A DNA stretch of 64,000 nt from Eutreptiella sp. 'Long Island Sound 2002' (Eukaryota; Protista; Euglenida): contig OZ038378.1 of the NCBI GenBank assembly GCA_964036045.1, positions 157,728,001 through 157,792,000 on the forward strand, written 5' to 3'. The notes beneath the pieces are model-generated. The model made no database searches. It saw only the letters and a list, made by a program, of their open reading frames with translations, and was not told the origin of the DNA. The position numbers and the translations under genes were made by a program. Positions 1 to 61,148 of this stretch are shown piece by piece; positions within the stretch are counted from its first letter, which is position 1; each line of letters begins with the position of its first letter.

Positions 1-378
1 TGGGTCCCTGTATCTGTGCAGCTGATTCGTGGCGGTTGTTTGTCCGGCTGGCGGGCTGCCGACCTGTCTATTTGACCATGTCTGTCTGTTTATGTCCGCC
101 TGCCTATGTGCCTGTCTATCTGTTTGTCTGTCCGTCTGGCAGGCTGTCTGCCTATTTGTCCATGTGTCTTGTGTCAGTCTGTCTGTCTGTTTGTCTGTCT
201 ATGTGTCAATCAGTGTTCCTATCCGTCTGTTTGTCTGCCAGTCTGTCTATCTCTTTTTACACCTGTGCGTCTATCTATCTGTCTACTTGTCTTGCTGTCC
301 TTCCATCGTCTGCCTGTGTGCGGTTGTCTCATTGTTTGCTTGTCCTGCTGTGTCTGTTTGTTTGTCCGTGTGTCTGCC
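1..378. repeat. Degenerate (TGTC)n microsatellite
   Basis: TCTG/TGTC/TTTG tetramer runs. Confidence 0.85.
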
Positions 379-1204
379 AATGTGTTTGGTGGAGCGTTAA
401 ATACCCCGCTACCCAATGGACTGGTAGCATGGCTGATGCTTCAAACAACCATTCTACTCAGAAGATGGCCGGGTTGGTTGCTTGTGCCCCTCCTTGACAA
501 GGTGTCTTGCCGCCACAGGGGGGGGCTAGTGTTTGTGGCTCGCTTTCCCGCTTTGGGGCGGCATGACAAGTTTTCGACGAGGCATCTGGAGTGTCTGCGT
601 ACCAGTCGGCTCCAAAGTTCAGTCACACAAGGAGTGCTTCTCCTACGGCGCTTGTGCCATGGCCTTGCAGTGCGGAGTTCAGTAGTTTGGATGGTTGGCA
701 TAGAATTGGAGAAATATAGCGGTGCATACATGCATGCACTTTTTACACAATACATACCCCTATGTACCATTTTTATCATGATTCTTTTAGTACATCTCCA
801 TTTTGGGCATCTTATGTTCACAAATGGTTCATTTATTGCCCATCCCCACTACACTATGGGCTGTACACGTTACTGTACGCTGCTAATTGTGCCCTCATTT
901 GGGTCTTTGAGTTCGAGGTATTATACCAGATTTGAAGCCGAAGAATAAGGATCTCCATGGTGGGGGACCGGCCTGACAGGGGGGAGGGGGAGGGGGGGGG
1001 GTTGCAAGGGGGGGACCTGCGAGCACAGGTGGCCTGCCACAAAAGCAGCCTAGTGATAGCAACCATCCCAGGATACATTCAGCAACGAGGCCGATGCCCG
1101 GCTCGGTGATGTCGTCTGACAGCCCAGTGCAGCTATATTTCTTTGTCCTCCTCCTCCTCCTCCTCCTCCTCGTAGTCTGTTTGTCAGTTTTTTGGGGTGG
1201 GGGC

Positions 1205-4154
1205 CAGCCACCAACGGCAGCAGCATGCCGCAGCATGCCGCAGCGCCAGATTCTGGGAGCTGTTGGTGGGGGTTTTGAAGCATGCCGCAGCATGCCGCAG
1301 CATGCCGCAGCGAGCCAAAATTTTCACATGGCGGACTTTTTTTTCCATACCACGTCAAACCTGTGAACCCTTTGTTGCACAGTTGTCTCAGAACTGGATG
1401 GTAGCTCAGTGGTATATGACCAGTTGCCAGTTTGCAGGGTCCTGGGTTCCATTCCCGGAAAGGGCAATTTGGAAAGGGCAATTTTTTGCCTGTCAGTTCC
1501 TCTCTATTGTTGCACAGACCTTCGCTTTTTTTGGTGTTGTTTGGACATGTCAAGTCCTGAGGATACTCAAATTACCGAGCCATCACAGGAGTCGCAGGAG
1601 TTTCAGAAATCCTCAAGGAACAAGGAGACAATCAGGAGTACAGCAGATTGTTTGCAGTGGGCCATTGGGGAAGGTATTGGGGACCACCTCAGCCTGGCTG
1701 ACAGCCAAGGTGAGTCCCAAAATGGGAGACTAAATTGCAATCTCTGTGCTGTATGGTTATCTACAAAAGGGGCCATCTTGAAGGACCATGTTCTGGGGAA
1801 AAATGTGAAGCCACCGGACGGTTCGTACGCACGGAAACCTGGGACACATGCTCGTAAAGCTGCTCTTTGCCCAGTTGTACCACCTCAGGCACGGGAAGCA
1901 ACACCTCAACAGCCGCCTACTATTATTGTCAACGTTCCTGCCCCACAACCTGAACCTGCACCAGCTCCCCAGAAAAAGGCAGCAACAGGTTCCTCCGTTT
2001 TGGGGGTGATGCTTCAAAAGGGCGCCGCATTGCAGGAGTTTCAGAAGGACATCACCCGGGCATTTAGTTCTACAAATGTTCCTTTGGAAAAGTTGGGGCA
2101 CGTGGAGATGAAGGAGTTTTTTGCCAAATACTTGGCACAGTACCCCTTGGTCCATCCCAACAATTACCATGGGACTTGGTTGCCCAAAGTGGGTGATGAA
2201 CGACGGGCGGAAATGGAGCGCATCTTTCGGAAACGAGAACATTTTATTGTGATTTTTGCTGATTAATCTGATGATCCCCGAGTAACTGAGGAGTACCAAC
2301 TGGCCATCAACGTTCTCCTCCTGCCCAAAGAGTTCAAGTCGGAAAGTGCAGGGGAGTTGGCGTTCCACCTTGACCTCAAATTTCCTGATGAGGTGAACGC
2401 CGTGACTGTGAGTGATGCCATTGACAGCGTTTGTCGCGATTTTCATGTCGCTCAATCAGACGTCCGGTTGTTCGTTCACGATTCTCCCCCGTACATGGTT
2501 GCGGCTGCTGAACGCTTTAAATCGGTAAAGGGCTATTCTAATTGTGTCCATTTGCCTTGTTGGCCCCATTTATTTGCCAAGGTGCCTGAGGTCGTGTTTG
2601 ACAGTGGGTGCCTGGCTGAAGTGAAAGAATTTCATCGTTTAGTGCAACTTTTTTGTTTGCACGATCGCCATATTGGCGTACGAAGTGGTGTAAATTTCAG
2701 TTTGTCGCGATTTTCATGTCGCTCAATCAGACGTCCGGTTGTTCGTTCACGATTCTCCCCCGTACATGGTTGCGGCTGCTGAACGCTTTAAATCGGTAAA
2801 GGGCTATTCTAATTGTGTCCATTTGCCTTGTTGGCCCCATTTATTTGCCAAGGTGCCTGAGGTCGTGTTTGACAGTGGGTGCCTGGCTGAAGTGAAAGAA
2901 TTTCATCGTTTAGTGCAACTTTTTTGTTTGCACGATCGCCATATTGGCGTACGAAGTGGTGTAAATTTCAGAATGCAGCAATGGAACAGTGGAACAAGGT
3001 CCACGAACAGTTGACAGGGGATGCCAAAGAGCGCCATGAGAGGGAAAAGCCCATGCCCGTTAAGAGTGTTGTGCGTTCCACTGACGTGCGTTGGGCAGCA
3101 TTATATCTGGCATACATGTATTGGAAAGGTCGTTTTGTCCCTTTCAAGCAGTTTCTGCTGGACATGGTGAAGGCTCTGGACGATGCCCCTGAAACTGTTG
3201 GGAAATTGCTTGCTTTGTTGACGGACAACAATATGAAGGTTATAAAAACACAGTTGGCCTTCGTGGCCCACTATATGCAACCCATATATGATCTTATTGG
3301 TAGTTTCCAAAAGCAAACAGGGGGCCCAGCAAACCCTTTGAAATGTTTGGATGACATAAAAAAAAATCTTGGGGCTGCAGCTGGTGGTAAGTTTGATCGC
3401 CCTGTGCAACGCCTTTTGGACTCTTTGTCCGCTGCACAGGCACTCACTGTTGCTGCACAACTCCAGGAAGCGTCACAAATGATGTGCAACAAAGTTGACA
3501 ATTTGTACAAAAAAACAATCAAGAACCAGGCAAAGACACAAAAAGCCGTTGATTGTTTTAACCCTGATGCTTTGCAAACACCTGCCATGCTATCCCACAA
3601 TGAAGTGAGCAAGGAGATCCCTGAGATTCCTCGCACTGAGTGGGAGCGATATATTGTTTTGCCGGCACCATCTCCCCTGCCGGAAACAACTTCCGCAAGA
3701 GTTGCTTGGTGGGAGGCGAAGGCTGCGGAGTTCCCTATTCTGTCCTCCATGGCTGTTTTTTTTGTCCGTAGGCCTCGCTCCGCATGTCATGTGGAGAGGG
3801 CTTTCAGTTTGTTGGGACACATCCTGACACATGACCGTCGCAATATGAGCAATGAGACGTTGCGCCATTTGGCAATCATGTATGTCAATAAAGTGGACAA
3901 GAAACGAAAATATGAGGAGGAGGAGTAGAAACACGCCCATTTATGAGTTGATTCAGCAGTGTTGACATTTGCAGGGGGTTCGGGCATGTGATTCACTGTG
4001 TTTTGGTCTGGTTTTTGAAACCTGTGCCGCTTTTGGAAAATGATGGTACCCTTGACCAACAGCTTGAAGCATCCCGCAGCATGCCGCAGCGTGCCGCAAC
4101 ATGCCGCAGCATGCCGCAGCGAGCCAAAATTTTCTTGGGGACCGTTGGTGCCTG
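1205..4154 (+). mobile_element. Complete hAT-superfamily DNA transposon (inactivated)
   Basis: TIRs CAGCCACCAACGG (1205-1217) and CCGTTGGTGCCTG (4142-4154), 12/13 match; perfect 8-bp TSD GTGGGGGC (1197-1204 and 4155-4162); subterminal GCAGCATGCC repeats at both ends; internal transposase. Confidence 0.93.
1547..3928 (+). pseudogene. hAT transposase pseudogene (BED-like Zn finger, DDE core, hAT dimerisation domain)
   Basis: CNLC...DH at the N-terminus; IFAD*S with in-frame TAA at 2264-2266; VHDSPPYM; CWPH (CxxH); C-terminal WWEAKAAEFPILSSMA...SACHVERAFS...DRRNMSNETLRHL. Disrupted by a stop, a frameshift and a 271-bp tandem duplication. Confidence 0.9.
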
Positions 4155-4596
4155 GTGGGGGCCCATATTGGTCAATGCTGCCAAGGGCTGCTCCTTCTCT
4201 TTACCGCCGCCATCCAGCCCCTCCAATGTGTCGATCCTTTTGGGGGGGGGGGGGGCGATGTTGTGAGGGACAAGGGCGGGCACACCAGACAAGGAGGAGG
4301 GGCACAGCAAGGCAGGAGAGGCAACCAGAACAGCGGGAACAGGGAACCAGAATGGAGCGGATGGTGGAGTGTGCGCATGGGAGGCAGCGACAATAAAGGG
4401 GATGGCTTGGCCAGCCAGCCCCGTCGCTATCGGGTGCCAGGGCAACCCCTGCTCAACCGGCATCAGGTGGGGGGTGTCTCCCGCAGCCCAGATGGGCTGT
4501 TTGCGCAACAGGAGCGGGAGCCCATCAGGGGCAGACCAGCCCCTGAGGGGGAAAAGCACATATGGTGGACGGCCAGGACAGAGCGTGGAGGAACAG

Positions 4597-4945
4597 GGCA
4601 CCTGGGCCTCACAGAAACACAGCGAGGCACGCTATGGACGGCCTGTGGACAGAGGTGTGTGGACAGCAAAAACAGTCAAACGGCCCCGGCAACAACCAGC
4701 ACATCCTCAATACGCCAATTGTTGGGCGCCGCTGACGCGCAAACGGCACACCCCGCCACATCCAGCACAGCCCCAACACACCAACCACTGGGCTCCGCGA
4801 ACGCAGAAACGACACCAGCAAGAGCACCGGCCGCAGCGGCCGACAGAAAGCAGCGACCCGACGCAACATGCGAAGGGAAGAACGGGTGACCGTCCAGGGC
4901 CCCGTAAAGGAGCAACAACCAGACGGCATGTCACACAGCGGGGGG
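4597..4945 (+). repeat. Dispersed repeat R2 (~345-bp SINE-like), full-length copy. Other + strand copies: 6723-6806, 16519-16865, ~26965-27210, ~32716-32940, ~62692-62872; diverged subfamily ~34958-35140 and ~36762-36950.
   Basis: Shared sequence ending ...CAGGGCCCCGTAAAGGAGCAACAACCCGACGGAATGTCACAC plus a G-run; variable 5' truncation. Confidence 0.85.
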
Positions 4946-5350
4946 ATGTTGTGGTCTGGGACTTGGGATATGCGTGCTCATGGGCGCCTTGCTTGCCTGC
5001 GCAAGGGTCATCACAAAGATCCATGGCCCATGACTGTAACACCCGTGCTTCTGTGCCTGTGTGGGCTTGCTCTTTCCGATCTGGGCTGACCCCCAGGGAG
5101 AGGGGCAGCATCGTTGGGCGCCTATCAGCAATTGCGCCAGATGGCCCTGTCCCCAGCAAGCGGTGGTGCCCCTGGCACCCACCGTGCTACCCCCGTAAAC
5201 AGGTTGGCAGCATGTTGCGACTGGGGGTCTTGCACAGGTGAAGGGGGTGGCACAGGTGAGCACAGCAAAAGGGGGTCAGAAGGGGTTGGGCCACCGGTAT
5301 CAGGTGTGCATGTCGGTTTCCCCTTTGCCTCTGTGATTTGCCCTCCCAGC

Positions 5351-6065
5351 CAATACCAAGTTATAACAACTTATACCAAGTTGTACCAAGTTATACCAAG
5401 TTATACCATGTTTTACCAAGTTATACCAAGACATACCATGTTTTGCCAAGTTATACCAAGTTATACCAGATTATACCAATGCCAGTGACCAAGGAACACC
5501 AAGTGATACCAAGGTATACCAAGTTATACCAAGTCATAACAACTTCTACCGAGTCATAACAACTTATACCAAGTTATACCAAGTTATACCATGTTTTGCC
5601 AAGTTGTACCAAGTTATACCAGATTATACCAATGCCAGTGACCAAGGAACACCAAGTGATACCAAGGTATACCAAGTTATACCAAGTTATACCAAGTTAT
5701 ACCAAGTTATAACAACTTATACCAAGTTATTTCAAGTTTTACCAAGTTTTACCAAGTTATAACAACTTATACCAAGTTATACCAAGTTATACCATGTTTT
5801 ACCAAGTTGTACAAAGTTATACCAGATTATACCAATGCCAGTGGCCAAGGAACACCAAGTGATACCAATTTATACCAAGTTATACCAATTTATACCAAGT
5901 TATACCAAGTTATACCAAGTTATACCAAGTTATACCAAGTTATTTCAAGTTATACCAAGTTAAACCAACTGCAGTTCCCAAGTTATACCAAGTTATACGA
6001 AGTCATACCAAGTCATACCACGTTATGCCAGGTTATACCGAGTTATTCCAAGTTATACCAAGTCA
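5351..6065. repeat. 10-bp minisatellite (TATACCAAGT)n with higher-order duplications
   Basis: Direct reading; recurring ACCAATGCCAGTG(A/G)CCAAGGAACACCAAGTGATACC block near 5476, 5628 and 5831. Confidence 0.92.
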
Positions 6066-6225
6066 TAGTCCCATCCCTTTCCCGTCTCCGGGTGGATTTA
6101 CAGCACCACCCAGCATCCCTCTCCGCCCGCCGCACTCATCACTCCCTTCAGCCACCGCCACCGTACTACAACGTCCCAGGCCTCAGCCCGTATTCCGCCG
6201 CCATGGCGCTCCGCTTTGCCCTCAG

Positions 6226-56512
<50,287 letters not shown>

Positions 56513-56717
56513 ACGGGGCGGGGGGGGCGGGGCTCAGGCACCCGCTGATCGTGAGTCGACGGTGGACGGTGATGGATTGGCGGCGGTTGACGGGTGGACG
56601 GCGGTTGATGGGTAACCGACGGCGGTGGCGAGGCAACCGCCAGCAGCAGCGGAGCCCCAACAAGTGCCTTTTTTTTCTTTTTCCGAATCACTACTGCCCT
56701 GTGCCTGGGGGGCCGGA

Positions 56718-56935
56718 TAGGGATGCATTGGAAAGGGGGAGGTGCCCCCCCCCCCCCCCCCTCCAGGGCGCCCAGTCTATGCCCAGCCACTGTCCCCCAG
56801 ACGGCAAGTGCCGGCTTCAATGGCATTTGTAACCGACAGTAACCGCCCCCAACCGCTTTGGCAACCTCCTCCAACCGCCTGCCTAACCGCTGCTGGGGGC
56901 CCCTCCGAGGCCCCTTCCCTTCTAATGCATCCCGG
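56718..56935 (-). mobile_element. hAT-type MITE family M1
   Basis: TAGGGATGCATTGGAA...TTCTAATGCATCCC ends and the shared interior. Confidence 0.78.
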
Positions 56936-59130
56936 GAGGGGGGGTCAACATCCGTTTGGACGCTATGCCACTGCGGGAGGGCTGCCTGCAGTCGTGGCGG
57001 GGGGGGGGTCTGCTTTGCGTGCCCCAACGTGACCTTCACGGGGGCAGAGGTGGTGTAAATATCGCTTGTAAATAGTTTAGAGGGCCATGACTTGTGCTGC
57101 CGTTGCCATCGCGAAGAGTGTGGCCTTTGGGGGGGGGGGGCGCGGCGCTGGCCCACGGGGCGTTCCGGTGCCCGACACGATTTGGGGCGAGTGTCCGGCC
57201 CTGAGGCCGGCGGACCTCGTTTGATGTGGGGCAGAGCGGGAGAGAGGGGGGGGGGGGGGAGGGCGCGGTCCTTCTGAGCGCTCATCGCGGGCCGCGTCGG
57301 TGACGTCCTCCGCGGCCAGACCCGAAGTCGGGGCTGTGGATGTGCCCCCGGGCCCCGGGGCCGTGTCTGAGCGCGGGCTCGTCCAGAGCAGACGACTGCG
57401 CTTTCGCGTTGGGGCCCCGGATCCGATCGTTTGAGGGGCGCCCGCCCGCCCCCCGGCAGCCGCGGATCCAAAGCCTCGGCCACTGCCGCGGCCCCTGCCT
57501 CACACCGCCGCCCCTGCGGCTCCGTCGTCGGGCACAGGGCCCAACGGGGCGGTCGACGAGGCCTGCCCCACCGCACGGCACACACACTACGACCCCCCCT
57601 TGACCCCCCCCCCCTCCCCCAGTGGGACGGTGCGGGGGCCCCCGTTGTGTCGTGGGACGGCCGCACGGGAGGGGGGTCGAAGGGGCACGGCTCCGACAGG
57701 CCTGACCGCTCACCATTTCTGCCGCTTCGGTTCGTTGTGTTGCGCGGCGGTTCTTGGGATTGCGGGAAGAAGGGGGTCCCCCTCTGTTGTCCTGCAGCCG
57801 ACGGACACTCTCCCCAACAGCGACCAGCGCCTCAGCGGGTGCCTGCCCTCCCGAAGTTGATCCGCGACGGAGTGCATTTGGGCTATGCGCTGGACCGGGG
57901 CCCGCAAGGCCACGGGTCCGCCAAAGGGGGCGCCGTGCTATTGCCCGGAGCTGGTGTGCCCGCCGGCCGGCCAGCGCTCCGGCGTGCGCCGGTGCTGCGG
58001 AGTGCGTTTTGCGGGTGGAGCCCCGGGGTCTCAAATGTCGCGCGCGCGCGCACCACCGCGAACCAACTTGACACGTGCCCTCGTCTGCGACCGCGATCCC
58101 GTCCTTTCCATTGACTTTGTCAGTGTTGAGGACCGCTTGGGACCCGGAACACGCTTTCAGAGCGCGCTGACCCCGACTCCCCCTTTGACCCTCAAAGAGC
58201 ACCGGATGCGTTCTGCACTGTCACAAATGTAAGGGAGAGTGGGACCCCATGTGCCTCACGCACACTGGGAGGCCCACGGGCGTGGCAGTCTCCCACTGCA
58301 TCACCCGGTTTCAGACTCAGCCAATCCGCACTACATGTCAGATCCACTACCACAGCCGCTGTGGGATCATCGTAGCACTGGACAGCTCTGAACCTTGATT
58401 CCGAGAGGTCATCTCGAGTACTGTAAAGTGAGCAGGCTACGCCAGCTCAGATTGGTCTGAGCCAAAAAAAAAAGTGGGACCTCTTGTGAACATTTGCACT
58501 CTGCCTCGTCTTCCGTTCCTACCCAATGCTGACCCCAGTCCTGTAGCCCCCTTGCCCACTTTATGGGGGCGCACCGTGCACTGTGCGACAAGTCGGCTGT
58601 TTTTAACCGCCGGTAGCCACGGGTCCCGGGGTCCTGAATTCTGCACCCTACAGCCCCTGCTGGTACACCTGGTACACCAGGGGTTTTTTGTTTTAGTCTG
58701 GTGCTTGCCACGGGTCCCAGGGTCCTGAATTCTACACCCCCGATGCTGTTTTGAATGGATCATGCACGCTTCTGTAGGGGGGTGGTTTGCAGGGGTGTTC
58801 CCGGGATAAGCAGCGTTATAATTGGTCAAATGGTGAAATTGCGTGCGACGCGCCATTTTGAGGGCTAAAATTGGGATTTGGATTTTTTCGCCTTTAGACC
58901 TGCCAAGACGATGGATGAATGCCCTTTGATGTGAAGATTTCGAGATATATAGGCTGTAACGCGATGTCGATTTCGACGTGTATTTCGCCAAGTCTTGAGG
59001 TCGTTTGAACTATCGGTGTTGCGTTCGACGGTAGGTGAGCAGTTGTTCGCCTTTCTGTGCATTTTAGACTGGTGTATGCGTCCGGTCCCCCAGAGGGGGG
59101 AATATCATATGTTGGCTACAAAGGCCACAT

Positions 59131-61148
59131 TTGGGAGCACGAATGACTTCCGCGCAGCATCACTGGGGCACATTCGCAGGCAACCGAAAGAAGGGCAAGA
59201 CGACGCAGTACTGTGCGGTTGGCAAGCACTCGCCGACTGCCTATTTTTCACTTGTCCCTGCTCCTCTTGAGTCACACTTTCGCAATCCGCATCCAGGTCC
59301 ACCTCTGTGTTGTGAGGCATGCTGGCAAAAGAAGTGTGTTCTGCCTTTGGACACTCGCCGTAGCCGCCGCACACCTCCCTTCGACGAGGACACACCAAGC
59401 AGTCAGTTGTGCAGTTCTTCCCAGATGCCTTCGGGTTCCCAGAGTTCGCAGAGGCCACCACCAAGTTCTGATGCACTGTGTGAACTGTGTGGGAGGTTTG
59501 CAGTGTCGCACACCTTTGATTCCACAGATCTGGCTTTCAGGCTCGCCAGTTGCTCAGTCAGGCAGATTTCGCACAAGTCTAGCCTCCTGGTTTGTGAATA
59601 CTGTCGCAAGCACCTGTCTGGTGCTTCAACACACCTCCTGAAAGTGCGCGCTAAGTTTGTACTTCTTGTTGGAGAACCACCAGGTGTTGTTCACGAGGCT
59701 GTTGGTCCAGATGTTCCTGGTACAGCAGATGCAGCCTCCTTGACGGATCTCCAGTGCTGGCCCACGAAGGGCACCATACCTTGTGATGTCAGGGTGAAGT
59801 TGGCTGAAATGCAAGTAGACTGTGGGGCCTCAGCCAACTGTGCTGCAAATTCGTACCACTTACTATTGGGAGGGAAGTGCCACTGTGATAGTGCACAACA
59901 TGCTTTAATGGAACTGGACTCTGTTTTGTTTGACTGCATGTGCATAGAGTTGGCAGAGGTACAGGAAGTAGCTTTGGGCTGTGATGGGACAACTACTTGG
60001 TACTCTCGGTCGGCCTTTGAAGTGCATCTTGCATACAAACGTAGAGTCGAGTTAGCAAACCTAACAGACATCACAGAAAAAGATGCTGCAGGCTATTTGA
60101 GAAAGGGTGTAGAGTTTTGGGACCACTTGAATGTAAGACAAGAGGAACTGAGTCTGCAGCCCACCAGCATTTATTGGTGCATGTCTGTTATCTGTGATAA
60201 CACCAGTGTAAATACAGGGCATGTTAAGGGTTTGGTTGCATTGCTAGAGCGTGTTCGTGAACACGCATATGCTAAAGGTTGCGATGGCCACATTGCTGGT
60301 ATCATTTACACCACGTTCGACCGTGCTCTTGTACAATATTTTGCAAATGACCTTGCCATGTCCTATCTCCGCCATCCCAAGAAAATAGGGAAGTCCTCCA
60401 AGGTGTGTCGTCTTAGTTTGAGCGCCCTTTCCTGAAAGCTTTACATCAGCTTGGTAATGTTTCGTCAACAGGGTATCAAGCCTGGCTTCGCTACCTACTG
60501 GTTCTGGTCAACCAATGGGATGCTCGCCCTGAACTCGTAGTCAACAGGAGTGTTGTTTGTGGCAGCGTGGTGTTAGATTTCACTCAGCTGACCATCTGTC
60601 GCATTCTTGTAGACTCACTGAAGCAGACAGTAAAAACACACCCCATGCCATTCCTTGAAGTGAAGGTACCAACCTTAATCCGTGGCACCAATCGTTAGGG
60701 TGAGTCTGTGTTTCGTTACATGAGAATGCTCCTGGACAGATGCCCTCACATGCGAATGCAACTGATTGCAGCCTGGGTTCGGTGCCACAGGTCCTCTTAC
60801 CGTGATGAAGTGGCTCCTGAGGACCTGGTGGCATACAGGAAGAGAGGTAGAGAAAGGCTTGGGGACCCTGAGCTCAGTGTGAGGCGATTCTCTGAGGTAA
60901 TGTTAGGCAAGCTGCTCCACGAGAATGCCAATCAGAGGGCAAAACTTGAAAAACTTGCCAAGGACCAACAGCTCCTGCAGCACTTGCAAATGGTGGGTTT
61001 GGTGCCCCAAGTCCAAGGGAAGGTAACCAAAGCAGTTCTAACACAGGCTATCAAGCAGTACAATGCCTCTGGAGGCAAACTGAAGGTGACAGGCAAGAAG
61101 CAAGAACTCAGAGAGCGCCTGGAGGTTGTACAGCACAGTGGTCAGTGA
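59131..61148 (+). pseudogene. Degenerate hAT-like DDE transposase with N-terminal Cys cluster and C-terminal SAP-like motif
   Basis: CELC...CEYC; GCDGT; VICDNTSVNTGHVKGLV; CDGH (CxxH); after a frameshift near 60410, GTNR*GESVF (candidate catalytic E) and LKVTGKKQELRERL. Confidence 0.6.

Noticed and set aside
106-948. 280-aa ORF
   Set aside because: The first third is microsatellite translation and the rest has no recognisable motif
57282-58202. 306-aa minus-strand ORF or exons of a neighbouring gene
   Set aside because: GC-rich low-information sequence with no domain motifs and no exon chain I could support
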